This document shows positions 49,056-61,530 of a stretch of DNA of 64,000 nucleotides, piece by piece. Location: positions 62,001 through 126,000 of the forward strand of contig NIVC01001209.1 of the NCBI GenBank assembly GCA_002269645.1, given 5' to 3'. Source of the DNA: Macrostomum lignano (lineage: Eukaryota). The translations under genes and the position numbers were made by a program. Under the pieces are notes generated by a model. That model was not told where the DNA came from and searched no databases. It saw only the letters and a program-made list of their open reading frames with translations. Numbering within the stretch: position 1 is the first letter of the stretch; the number at the start of each line of letters is the position of its first letter.

Positions 49056-51082
49056 AGGTCGTATGAATAAAAAGAGCAATAACTTGCGAGTTTAAGCTTA
49101 AACGCTGAGACTGAGCTACTGCTCAGGTCTGAGATTTTGCTCCGAGTCGGAGCATCTGCTCAAGGTCAGTATGAATAAAGTTGGGACTCCTAGTCAGAGT
49201 TCAGACTTTTGGTCTCAGAGCTGTAACTCCAATATTGCGATACTTTGAACCATAGACAAAATGTTGTTTTCTAAGAGTATGCTACGAGTATATGGGCCGT
49301 ATGAATAAAAAAAAGAAATTTTTTTTCTTGCAAGAAATCCAAGAATTTCTTGCGTTTATAAGAATAAAAAACTGCGAGTTTCTTGCAAGATTTTCTCGCC
49401 AAGAAAATCTCGAGCTTTCACAAGAAAAGATTTGCTCGGCAAGAAAATCTCACGAGGAAAAGATTTTCTTGCTTTCTGATGAATAAAAGACGTGATTTTC
49501 TCGCCGAGAGAGCCGACACTTGAGTTTTATGCGAGCAACTCTTTCTCTGGCTCAAGCGAATCTTCAGCGCCCATAACACGAGACACGAGATGTTCCTTCA
49601 GATCAGAAAGACCAAGGAGTACCTGCCCCGACAGGCCACTCCAGTGGAGACATATAGACAGCTTCATCGATTCACTGAGGATCACGTGACCTTTCTGACA
49701 ACGCGCTTCCTAGGACATACTTCCGAGACAAGGGGCGGTGCGCTGACACCGAAACAGAAGATGGAGATCACGCTGCGGTACCTGAGCAACCCTGGCTTTC
49801 AATCCGGTGTTGCCAAGGAGACAGGTGTTCATCAAAGCACGGTGTCAAATGTTGTTTGGGACGTCCTGCAGAGTATCGCGCGGCTGTCTCACGAATGGAT
49901 TCAATTTCCACAGGAAGGTGCAGTTTTGTACACACGGCAGCTCCCATTTCTACCCCCCACGCAGCGTCTTATAACATGCTCGCAGTTTTTTTTGCATTGT
50001 TTCTGGGCTCCTGCAAAGAGTAATCACGATAGACATGTAAAAAATTGGCAACCATTCGATGCCAGGACGCTCAATCTCAGGGTAAAATTTCAAAGCAAAG
50101 TGACTTTCCTGTCACCTGATGTTCAGGTAAACTCCACATGGATTTTGCCACTTTCTAGTAGGATTTTTCTGGACGGATTTTCGGTGTTCACGTGGTTTTA
50201 GCCATAGACACAGCATGGGCTGCGCCCAAGCCTGAGGAGACGGCCGTCGATTCCACGTCACCGACATCTTGGTTTGGGCCCTAGACAACTTTCAGCCAAG
50301 TGGCAGTCGCCGAGAAAATCTCACGAGCCGAGAAACTTTTATTCATGTCTTTTCTAGAATATCTTGACTCGTAAGATTTTCTCCAACAGATTTTCTTGCC
50401 GGAAAAGAATTTCTTTAAAGAAATTCTTGGCTCGAAAGATAATCTTTAAAGATTTGCTCACGTTTTATTCATACGGCCCTATGCTTTGTGTTTTATGTAG
50501 AATCCTTCTTTCTGTTTTCCCCTTGTGGCTTCTTTATAATCGGTTAAGTCTGTGCATCAAATCACGAATCAAGCCGGCATCAGCGCACCGCCTCTTGTGT
50601 CTGTGCTGCCGTTCAGAAAGCGCGTGGCCAGATACTGCACGTTGGTGCGAGAAAATCGGTAGAGTCGACCATACTCCGTGTCTCTAGTCAAGTCGGAAGA
50701 TCGGCGCTCCGGATAAAACTTCCGTCGAGCGGGAGCACGTGCAGCAAAGAACTCAGCCATACTGCCAAAGAACTCAGTCAAAGAACATCAGCAACTAGAA
50801 AGCGCTAGTTACAGCAACCACTAGAGTATAGATGGCTGAGGCAGGCAGAGGGCTGCCTCAACATTTCGTGAGTTGCAGCTCAGAAAAGATTGTCTATGGC
50901 CCGAGTTTATTCATACAGACCGGAGAGTTTGCTCAGCCCCGGATTTTTTCGCTGACACTCGGAGCAACAACTTTCAAGTCAAAACTCATGAGCTGTTGCT
51001 CGGAAGTCACTGCTCCGTTTTTTCATACTGAGTCGAGATTTTGTGCGAGTCTGAGCAATTGCTCATTTTATTCATACGGCCT
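49056..51082 (-). mobile_element. PIF/Harbinger-like element A (outer), non-autonomous, with a short transposase remnant
   Basis: TIR AGG(T/C)CGTATGAATAAAA(A/T)GAGCAAT at both ends with a 3-bp TSD AAT. A second subterminal inverted pair GGTC(A/T)GTATGAATAAA sits at about 49164 and 50906. Minus-strand remnant YGRLYRFSRTNVQYLATRFLNGSTDTRGGAL at 50569-50690. Confidence 0.8.
49294..50479 (+). mobile_element. PIF/Harbinger-like element B (inner), with HARBI1-like transposase N-terminus
   Basis: Perfect 17-bp TIR GGGCCGTATGAATAAAA (49294-49310 / 50463-50479) with TSD TAT on both sides. ORF 49590-50201 encodes YRQLHRF..RGGALTPKQKMEITLRYLSNPGFQSGVAKETGVHQSTVS..WIQFP (Harbinger HTH region). The DDE catalytic core is absent. 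Confidence 0.85.
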
Positions 51083-52045
51083 AATATCCATATTTTTTAG
51101 TGCTTTTTCTGATTTTAGGCTGTAATTAGCAGCATAGATAGACACCCGTGCCCCCGTGCCCAATGCCCAGTTACCCCCCCCCCTTAAATGTTAGGCTCCG
51201 CCGTCCCTGGTAAGCTATCATTCCCCAGGTTACATCACAATCAAGAGTGATTTTCCTGAGCTGATACGCTCGTACTGGCACGTAAAAAGCACGACTATTA
51301 CGCCAGCCCGTACATCACCACTCCAATTCAGAGTCCATTAATGTCAGATTCTTGCTTGCAAAATATTTTATTCTGTTCTACTTTTATTATTAAAAGGATG
51401 AAAGCCCTTTAAAATTAGGTTAGATGGCTTCGTAAACCGAAATTGCACCAACAAAAATTAGAAACCTTTTCAACCCATGCCTGGATCCCGGCCCAGTTCG
51501 TCGGAATCCTGGGTTTTTCAAAGTCCGGGATATCCCGATCCCGAGAATCGCGATTTTGTATTCCCTAGGCCTTGACCCTGACCACTGATTGTAACTTTAA
51601 AACCGCCACCACCAGGCGCCAGACAATCAGCGCAGAATTAAACAGCAAAACCATACATTTAAAACGTAAAAATGTTAGTAAAAAACAATTAATATTTTTT
51701 TTCTGATGCATTTTTATTAAAAAAAACTTGTTAACGGGATTGGAAGGCAAAAACTAAGGTTTGACCTCTCGTCTCCCTCTCCCTAACTGTAGCTTTTCCA
51801 GATAAACTGGAATTTGGATTGGAATTGTAAGTTGGAAGTTGGAACCCTGGATTTCGCCAAACCTTACCTAGATTTAGAAGGAACTGGGTTGGGTCGGGTG
51901 TACGTTTCTACTCCTATTTTGGGATGGGACGGGACGGGAGTTGGAACTCGGGGAATGAAACTCGGTTTTTAAATTCGTCTGGTCGTGCATTTGGCAAAAC
52001 CCACTGAGTATAGTCAGTCTAAGTATGAGAAACGACAATTTAGGG

Positions 52046-52200
52046 CAGGGGCGGATCCAGAAATTTTTGAGGGGGGTAAGCCATGCCATTGCCAACCCAA
52101 GCACTACAAGTCTACAATCCAATATTGGAAAATAGACTTTGCAGTTACAGCAGGCCAAAAAATATGGCCATGCGGCCTGCCCCCTCTGGATCCGATCCTG
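52046..52200. mobile_element. hAT-type MITE
   Basis: TIRs CAGGGGCGGATCCAG and CAGGATCGGATCCAG (reverse complement). Flanks ATTTAGGG / GTTTTGGG match at 6 of 8 positions, consistent with an aged 8-bp TSD. Confidence 0.65.
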
Positions 52201-54380
52201 GTTTTGGGCTCCGTGTCCCGGCAGCCTCAGCTCAATTCCAATACAACTGCCCAATACCCAAAAACGAATAGAAGACATGTTGTTGTTCCTCTCCTCTCGA
52301 GTCTCCCACTCTCCTACCGTTTTCGTATTCTTCACAGGGGCACCATAAAAGCTCCAAACAGGGAGAAACGAGAGGAAGGGGTTTATTTGTTTGCGGCCGC
52401 ATGCCGCATGGTGCAATTCTCACCGGGCCCGCACCCACCCCACCAGCCTGCACAAGGGGTTTTTACATCCATGAGAGCTTGTCTGACTATTGGCTAAGTA
52501 AGAAGCGAAGGCCAGTCGGGTAAGAAAAATAAGTAAGAAAGATTTCTAGGACTAAGACCATAAGGTTCGTTCATCGTAAAACGGAAAAAAAGATAAGGCT
52601 GGACCAACTCCCTAGAGCCCGTGCTATGTACGCTTCTAAATAAGTAAAAGAGCGTTTTGGTCCCCCACTCAGTTTATCGACCGGTTCACCCCTCCCCTAG
52701 CCAAAATCACGCCCAACACCCCACAATCCGACTCTTTATTAACTGGTTGGCTAGACAAAGAGGGTCGGGGCCGTCTCGTACAGTCAGGCATAATAAAAGG
52801 ACGCTGTGAGGAGGGACCTTCTGGCTGGGCCTATAATTTTTCTTAACCCTCCATCCGTTCCCCTTTAACCTCTTCTACACAAATATTCCAGTTTCATAGG
52901 GGCCACCTTGTGCCCATGAGAAAGGAAGCAAAGGAGGTCTCCATGCTCCTATTTCACTTTATTCCATTCCGGCTAGCTTAGCTTAGCTTAATTTTATATT
53001 CATGTATATTTATTTTATTTTCACACACTATTTAATTAGATAGAGCGTAATTAAGTCAGAATCAGGCTCAATCGGCATTACTTTGTTAACTGGTATTTGA
53101 ACGTCTCTCTTCTCTTACTGGCGATTGGTAGGCAGCCAAGTCGTAAGTAAGATGCTTAATGAACTGACAACTGTCGAGTTATTTTTTCTTCTAACACCTG
53201 TACCTAGTCTGACGCGAGTTGCACGAAGAAGCAAAGCCAAGCCAAAAAACAACTGAGCAAGGACAGTTTGCCTACATTATTTGCTTGTGTTTGTTTGTTC
53301 GTTCGGCTCGCGTACTGCTAGCAGGATAAGCTACCTTCCCCCGTTCTTTCTTCGATACGTATTACGTAAGTTATTCATCCCTTTTTATATTTGGCCTTGT
53401 AAAACTCCATATACATAGACTAGACTTAGTCCTGGCCGTGTCTGTCTGTATCCTGATTTCAAATGTTCGTGCTTGTCTTAGGGATCGACATCGAGTCATT
53501 ATCGAAAAAATACTTTAACTTTCAAGCAAAGCAACTGGGAACTTATCTTCTAGCGCGTACACTTCACGACTTATTGTAGTAATGAAATAATCAATACTAA
53601 ATAAATATAGAATTACTTGTTCGTAATCGTATGCATTTTTTATCAATTTCTGTTATTACCAACTATTAGTCGTAGAAGATAGGTGATGCTGCTGATCCAT
53701 GAGCATAAATCTGTTTGTCAAACAGTCCAGGACTATATAATTCTGTAAACGACAGTAGAAACTTTTTAAAAAGCACTTGTATTTTTAAGGATTTTTAGAA
53801 TATCTGCATTCTTATTGCAATCGTACTACTTGGAAGTAGGCCTTATCAGTTTGGAAAAAATGTTTTGAATATTTCAGGTATTTCACTCGTGGACGCAGAG
53901 ACAAACACACGAACGAGTTTTCAATAGTATAGCTTTTAGGCAGCAAGCTGCTCATATGTGCCTTTCAAACATCAACAAGTTTATTTTTAAATAAGAATTG
54001 ATAAGAAACGAGTTGTACAAAGTGTAAATTTCTGTACACACCAAGCATCAATGCAGGGTCTAACTATTCATTGCAAGAAGGGAAATACGTATTTCTTTCA
54101 TCAAACGCACATTTTTGAACTTTGAACAGCTTCTAGCTGCCAAGGACAAGAGTGCAACTCGCGACTAATTGAGTTTTTTTGCATTTCCAGTGCGCGCATT
54201 ATAGAATTCTACTGAAAAATTTAATTAGATTAGTTAAAATGGGTTCTTCGCTTTTCAAGTTAGTGTTTGCAAATAACAGCCAATATATAAGCTCGCTTTT
54301 GAACAGCTGTTATAATGGGGTTCAATATACCGGTACTTCAACATATATAAATGTACATGAAGCGCTATTTTTAAATCACC

Positions 54381-57300
54381 TTAAATCACGGATGTAGAGT
54401 ATGCGCCGCTTCCGCTGTTAATGGACTCTGGTCGGACGTACACCTGCGCCTGCTGAGCCATTGAACTCGATTGAATATCTTGTGCAGAAACTGCCTCGTC
54501 CTTAAGCTGGGCAATTTCGGCGAAAACGCTCGCCAACGGTTGAAACTGAGGCGTCCAAGAGACCAAGTGGCTGGGCAAACGGGCAGATCCGTAGCCAGTG
54601 TAGCTCAGGGTGGTGTTCCTGGGTGGCAGCTCGAGACTAGGCACAGGTGTAGTCTGATAGACATCCTCCGACCACAGGTTGTCGGATGAATGATGAGCAA
54701 AGTCTGTGGAGCCGCCGACAGCGCCACCGCTGCTGGCCCCTCCGCCGACGCCAACGCCAACGGAGCCACCGAACCCGGAGCGCTTGAAATCAGTGGTCGG
54801 CGGACGGACGCCTAGCCGATACAGGTACTCCCGATGGTCCTTGGGCAGTGAACAGTTGCTACTATCCGTGTCCATCATCATGCGCTGCTGCTCCTCCTCG
54901 GAACTGCCCAATCCTGAGCTGTGTGTTGTGCCAGCAGCGCTGAGTCGGGTCAGCTCAGTCAGCGTTCTCGGTGGCGGCAACGGGGGCACGTGATCGAAGC
55001 ACGAGTCGTAGACGGTGGACGACGGCGGGCTGCGTATGCCCAAGCCCTTTGCTTGGCGGCGATAGCAGCGTCTGTAAACCACTATAGCGATTATGATTGC
55101 TATGATTACTAACAACACTGCTGCGGTTGACGTGACAGCAATTAACAGCGGCCCACTAACGCCGCCCAATCCGTGAGAAGTCAGCGGCACAGGCATTTGC
55201 AGTCGAATCGACGCGTCCGAATAGAGTGTGCCGCTGCTGGCTCGAACCAGTAGACTGAAATTTTTCATAATGGTGGCGGTGTCGTCCGCAATATCGACAC
55301 CGTTTACTCCGTCGAAGTCGCGGGCCATATAGACCTCACCAGTGCTAGCATTGATGCCGAAACGTGCCAAATTGCCTACCAGTGCTGCGCCGTCTTCTCC
55401 GACTAGGGAGTACCCGATTCGACCGGCCGGCCCGCCGTCTGCGTCGAAGGCGACCACGCGAAGCAAAATTCGACCGCGGCGCGGAGTGCTGCTAAACCCA
55501 GCCGCGTATTCAGCCTTGTCGAAGTTTGGCTGAAACTCGTCAACATCTTCAACCATAATCACTAGCCGTGCGTCTGCTGAACAGTTCAATCGCAGCGTAA
55601 ATGTTGTCTGGTTCTCATAGTCAAGCACCTGGCGAGTTCGCAGACTGCCGTTGGTTAGGGAAAATAAGGTCGTACTACTATCGGCTGTCAAAACGCAGTC
55701 AGTGGCTGTCAGAGCGGCAGTAGGTGGAGCCAAGTTACCAACAAGGGTGCCGGGGCTGAGGCCCTCTTTGACTAGGAACACTAGCGGATTGATGGGGAAT
55801 CGAGGCGACGAAGGCAGCACTGAGGCAGCTGCAAATCGAACGCTAACACGAGTTAGGCTACTACGCGCAGGTACATCTACTGAACTATCTGACGCCTGTA
55901 CTAGCAGGTTCATCACAACGTCCGATCCGGTAGACGCAGCAATGGCGGGCGGAAGAGCCGTCAGCGTCAAATCACCAGTGGCGGCATCGATAGCAAAGCT
56001 GCCACCACCGAGTAAAATTTTGTAGCTGACAATTCCGTTGACTCCCGAATCGGCATCAGTGGCTGCAACCCGTAGAAGCCGCCCACCAGAAACGACTGAA
56101 TCAGCTGGCACTGTGGCTGAGTAGGGTTCGCCAACAAACACAGGCGCATTGTCATTGGCATCTTGCACAAGAATCTGGAGAGAGAGGAAATCAATTGAAT
56201 GAATTAGTAGCCCCTTGTAGTCTTTTAGACTTCAGGTACAAGTATTTCTTGCCAAATTTCTATTTGTAGAAAATAAAGGCTTTCCGTACTAAAGCGTACA
56301 TGTACTTCCACGAACAGTAGCGCTCTGGTTGTTCCTTTCTGTGTCTTTTCTCAATACATGTGGTTCAACATACATCTTGTAGATTGAGTATTCCCTTCCA
56401 CCCCGAATAACTTGAGTGTTCCCTTCCACCCCGAATAACTTGAGTGTTCCCTTCCACCCCGAATAACTTGAGTGTTCCCTTCCACCCCGAATAACTTGAG
56501 TGTTCCCTTCCGCCCCGAATAACTTGAGTGTTCCCTTCCACCCCGAATAACTTGAGTGTTCCCTTCCGCCCCTTGTAGATTGAGTATTCCCTTCCGCCCC
56601 GAATAACTTGAGTATTCCCTTCCGCCCCTAATAGTTTGAGTATTCCCTTCTGCCACAAGTTAAAGTTGCGTTCGTCTGTTTGGTCTTTGTTGTATGTATA
56701 TTGACAGACTACTAATAGCAGACACATGGTACTCTCCAATTTATAAACTGAGGAACGGTTTTAAAGAGAAAAATGAGTCTGTATTATTAAATTATAATTG
56801 ACTCGAGACTATAAATATGGAAGCTATGAAAATTGTACTGACTAATGCAAACAAAATAATCAGCTCATTTTTAGCTGTTCAACCGGCTAAAAATATTGCG
56901 CAGTCCGTCGATCGTTCAATCCTTGATTATCAGATAGATTATGAAGGATTAGCCTTCGAATCCAGTGACGGACTGACAGTTGACCCATTAGCTATTAACT
57001 AACGTGTAGCTTTAAATACAGTATATAGGCCACTGATGCATCAAGGGATTTCAGGGGAGAATAAAGCAGCGGTATAATAATCAACTCCTTGTTCTCAAAG
57101 GCAATGAGAAAACGGGAAAAGAGGAGAAAGAGCTCAGGGAGAGAGATGGCGCTGGAGTAGGGTCAGCTGAATCGCATCCGGGGAAAACTCCCATTCTGCC
57201 CTGCTCACAGCTCTTTCTCAGTTTAGCTCTAAGTTTAGAAGGAAGCTGCCAAACAAAGGTTTGATTGACAAGCTGAAGCAAATCGCACTGCGGACCTGAA

Positions 57301-60300
57301 GACACTCATTACACATTGTACACACTATTATATTATAGGCAGCACTCCAGTGATTGCCTTTCCTATGCCTAAAACTTGACGAGGCACTAGAAAGAAAAAA
57401 AGAGGTGGGGGAGAGACCTGAATATAGTGTCAGCAGTTCTCTCTGTCTGGTCTCTTCCCCAGCTATCAGCTCAAGCTCAAACTCTGACGATTTTGTCCCA
57501 ACTAAACATGAAAAAAGCAGAGAAGAATAGGGCGCCCTATATTCCGACTCTAATCTAGCGGGCACAAATACAACAAAGCTGGAAAGCTAACAATGGATTT
57601 GTCTCTTTACATCTCATGTCATCTCGCTCTCTGGTTTGGACCTCAGTCAGTTAAACAGTGTCAACTCGGCTCTTTGGTTTATCTCAACTACCGCTCTGCA
57701 TTTGATCTACACCTTGTCTTCTTTCATCTTCATCGCTCACAATTTTTCTGCTCGTGCTAACTTGCCCTATAAGCCCCATTCCTGCGCCATTGCATCCCAT
57801 TCTGAGCTGCCGTACTCACTGCCGCCCTATTGATGCTTATAGAAATAGCTTCTTCTCCTGCTCATTCAAAAAGTCAAATTGGATCAGACGATTGCATTCA
57901 TTCAAAGGGCCGGGGACTAATTGAAAGGTCTAGGGGAATAGAGAGGTTTTGCCGGCAGGACCAAGCAGTGTACTTCGAGCGTACAGCCATGCTACCCCCC
58001 CCCCAAAGAGTTTTGCTTTTTCATTACCGACTTTTTATTACCGCGGTACTGTGGTCAGTATATATTTGCCAATGGTATCAAATAGATTTATTGCATTTAT
58101 AAGCGGGAGCGGAGAACGATTGGATGTGGCTTACTATATTTAGTTGGTAATACTTTGTTAAGACCAGTGGACGTTGTAGTGGGTAAAACTTTTCAAGAGC
58201 ATTTAGATCCCATAGTTTGCACTGCTATGCAAATAAAGTGCGGTGCCCGCTGCGTGCGCACAATTACAGTTTATAGCTGATCCACCATGTTTGGAATATA
58301 TGTGTGCGCGTCTCGTGTAAACACCGACATGGTATAACAAATGTATAGATGCATATGCAGTATGCTATTAGGACGTTATCTATAAACAAACCAAACATTA
58401 TATAGCATCGCAGAAGCTCTATAGCGCACCCGGAACCTTTTTATAGCATTTTTGGAACCACCCGCAGCTGGGGAAAGAAAACATCTATTAAAATTTTATT
58501 TAGAGATCGATATTTATTTTATAACTCTAGTGTTCCTCGAACTTTCCACGTGTATTAGTGTTTAGGGACCTTCCATGGTGTTTATCGGACCTATTATAGT
58601 GTTTATGGGACCTTCTATAGTGTTTATAGGACCTTCTATAGTGTTTATGGGACCTTTTATAGTGTCTATGGGACCTTCCATAGTGTTTATAGGACCTTCT
58701 ATAGTGTTTATAGGACCTTCTATAGTGTTTATGGTACCTTTTATAGTGTCTATGGGACCTTGTATAGTGTTTATAGGACCTTCTATAGTGTTTATAGGAC
58801 CTTCTATAGTGTTTATGGGACCTTTTATAGTGTCTATGGGACCTTCTATAGTGTTTATAGGACCTTCTATAGTGTTTATAGGACCTTCTATAGTGTTTAT
58901 TGGACCTTTTATAGTGTCTATGGGACCTTCTATAGTGTTTATAGGACCTTCTATAGTGTTTATAGGACCTTCTATAGTGTTTATGGGACCTTTTATAGTG
59001 TCTATGGGACCTTCTTTAGTGTCTCTGGGACCTTCTATCGTCTCTGGAATTTATCTGCGTTCTTGAAATCCTCTACGAGCTAGCACATATAGATTCTTCT
59101 AGCTTCTCCAAAACTCTTTGAAACCGTCAGTGGATGACATTAGTGACGCCTTTGGCGTATTTTTAATTATAACTAAATCCACCGCAGTACTAAAAACCCC
59201 GACTACGCCTAATTTACGAGCTAGGTCATGCCATTCTCAAGCAGCAAAAATGTATAGAATTCTCACCCTGACCGTGACGCTGGCAGTAAGCCGCGGCTCT
59301 CCACTGTCCCAGCACACCAAACTGACCGAGTGCTCGGCCTGAGCTTCTCTATCGAGCTGTCGAGTCAGAACCAACCGGCCTGTATGCCGAACTGCCTGCA
59401 CAGGTGAGGACGTCTCAACAACAGCAACCGACACGAACTGATCAGAATCGGCGTCGCTGCAAGCCACTCTACCGACTGTACGCCCAGGCTTCGTCGCCTC
59501 GGACACCAGCAGAGGGATTGTTGGCAAAGACGTCGAGACGGCAAAAACCGGTGGAAACCGGTTGGCCGCCTGAACTGTGACGCGCACAGTTGCGTAATCT
59601 TCACCGCCTCCGGCTGCTGCGGAAGTGGCCTTCACAGCGAACACGTGATCTCCTGGCGCGCTGATTGGCTGGCTAGGGTAGAGATCAAAGCCGATCAGAC
59701 GGAACGGCAGCGCCGGTCGATCCGGATCTGACAGAATTGACACTATCGCGTCGGGAGCCGTTGATGCCGGCGAGAGATCCAGCTTCCCGACCAGCTGCGA
59801 CGTCGGCGCCCCTTGGCCAGGGTGAAGACGTACAATCGCCGGCCGAAACGAACTCCACCAGTAGCGGAATCAACGCGTACAGTCAGATGTTTAGAAACTG
59901 TGTGCTCAGAGTCGCTGCTAGACACCGTGAAGTTGTAGACACTCAGCTGAGGCTTGGCAGTGAGCCAGAACTCTCCAGAGAAGAGGCCCATAGCAAAAGT
60001 ATCACTCGGCGGGCTCAGAGTGTAGGTCAATGGCGGATATCCGTCAAGGTCAGTGGCTCGAACCTGCAGCAGTTTCTGACCGGGCCTTGCCGTCTCCGCG
60101 TTCACCACGACGGGATCAACGATGTCCTGCAGCAGCGGTTTCTGGTTGTTTCGATTGATGATGCGAACTAGAACGGAGCACTTTGCGGTGGTCAGCGGGT
60201 CATCAACCGAAGCTGCCACCAGGGTCAACGAATGGCTCGACTGCAGCGTGAAATCTGGCGGAGTTTTCACCGACACCAAGCCGGTGTCTTCGTCAACTTC

Positions 60301-60581
60301 AAATGTGTCGCTGGGCAGCAGGCGATACTTTACGGCGCTGTCGAGGTCAACTGCGGTCACCTGGACGACGGGGGTGCCAGCTGGAGATTTCTCAGATAGG
60401 ACGGCAGAATAGACCGGCTGCACGCAGTAGGGCTGGCTGTCGTCTGCGTTCAGTATCTGGATGTCAACGCGGGTCAGGGCTGCCTGATCCCCTGTGGAGG
60501 CCTGAACTACCAGCTGATATTGACGGCGCTTCTCATAGTCCAGCGCATTTGTGGCCACAAACGAAGAGGTCTCAATGCGAC
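54381..60581 (-). CDS. ds: Dachsous-type protocadherin, 3' exons (last cadherin repeats, TM, cytoplasmic tail), with a 1-bp frameshift near 59812; most of the gene lies to the right
   Basis: Exon 60581-59267 (cag|GT..AGG|gtgaga) and last exon 56174-54381 (ccag|ATT CTT GTG CAA GAT..TAA). Cadherin motifs LDYE, LDRE, DANDNAPVF, DVDEFQPNF, ATDADSG. TM segment LLIAVTSTAAVLLVIIAIIIAIVVY. Cytoplasmic SSGLGSSEEE and SWTPQFQPLASVFAEIAQLKDE match the conserved Dachsous/DCHS1 motifs (SSGRGSAE; SWCPQFQPLASVFTEIARLKDE, as recalled). Confidence 0.88.
56380..56650. repeat. Minisatellite, 27-bp unit CCCGAATAACTTGAGTGTTCCCTTCCA, dachsous last intron
   Basis: About 9 copies. Confidence 0.92.
58570..59040. repeat. 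Minisatellite, 21-bp unit ATAGTGTTTATAGGACCTTCT, dachsous last intron
   Basis: About 22 copies; 7-aa periodic ORFs. Confidence 0.93.
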
Positions 60582-60720
60582 CTGATCAAAAGGAGGGGCA
60601 GATAAGTCTGAGTTAATTTTGATTTTTTCACACGTAAGTAAATTTTAATCGAAAAAACTAATATTGAGAGAGGCGCCGAGGGCCAAGGGCGCCAGGGACT
60701 GTCTGTCTATCCGTTTAAAG

Positions 60721-61530
60721 AGCGCCAGAGGCGCCAAGGGCACCAGAGGCGCCAAGGGCACCAGAGGCGCCAAGGGCACCAGAGGCGCCAAGGGCACCAG
60801 AGGCGCCAAGGGCACCAGAGGCGCCAAGGGCACCAGAGGCGCCAAGGGCACCAGAGGCGCCAAGGGCACCAGAGGCGCCAAGGGCACCAGAGGCGCCAAG
60901 GGCACCAGAGGCGCCAAGGGCACCAGAGGCGCCAAGGGCACCAGAGGCGCCAAGGGCACCAGAGGCGCCAAGGGCACCAGAGGCGCCAAGGGCACCAGAG
61001 GCGCCAAGGGCACCAGAGGCGCCAAGGGCACCAGAGGCGCCAAGGGCACCAGAGGCGCCAAGGGCACCAGAGGCGCCAAGGGCACCAGAGGCGCCAAGGG
61101 CACCAGAGGCGCCAAGGGCACCAGAGGCGCCAAGGGCACCAGAGGCGCCAAGGGCACCAGAGGCGCCAAGGGCACCAGAGGCGCCAAGGGCACCAGAGGC
61201 GCCAAGGGCACCAGAGGCGCCAAGGGCACCAGAGGCGCCAAGGGCACCAGAGGCGCCAAGGGCACCAGAGGCGCCAAGGGCACCAGAGGCGCCAAGGGCA
61301 CCAGAGGCGCCAAGGGCACCAGAGGCGCCAAGGGCACCAGAGGCGCCAAGGGCACCAGAGGCGCCAAGGGCACCAGAGGCGCCAAGGGCACCAGAGGCGC
61401 CAAGGGCACCAGAGGCGCCAAGGGCACCAGAGGCGCCAAGGGCACCAGAGGCGCCAAGGGCACCAGAGGCGCCAAGGGCACCAGAGGCGCCAAGGGCACC
61501 AGAGGCGCCAAGGGCACCAGAGGCGCCAAG
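60721..61530. repeat. Perfect minisatellite, 18-bp unit AGAGGCGCCAAGGGCACC, dachsous intron
   Basis: About 45 copies with no variant unit seen. Confidence 0.97.

Larger units (their letters stand above)
48928..51209. mobile_element. hAT-type MITE (about 255 bp when empty), split by a Harbinger insertion
   Basis: TIRs CATGGGCGGCGGGAGC and CAGGGACGGCGGAGC (reverse complement of the right end). Flanking 8-mers GTAAGTTA (48920-48927) and GTAAGCTA (51210-51217) form an 8-bp TSD with one mismatch. Confidence 0.72.

Noticed and set aside
56800-58150. Several 60-115-aa ORFs inside the dachsous last intron
   Set aside because: No homology recognised, mixed strands and no splice support; the flanking dachsous exons already join in frame without them.
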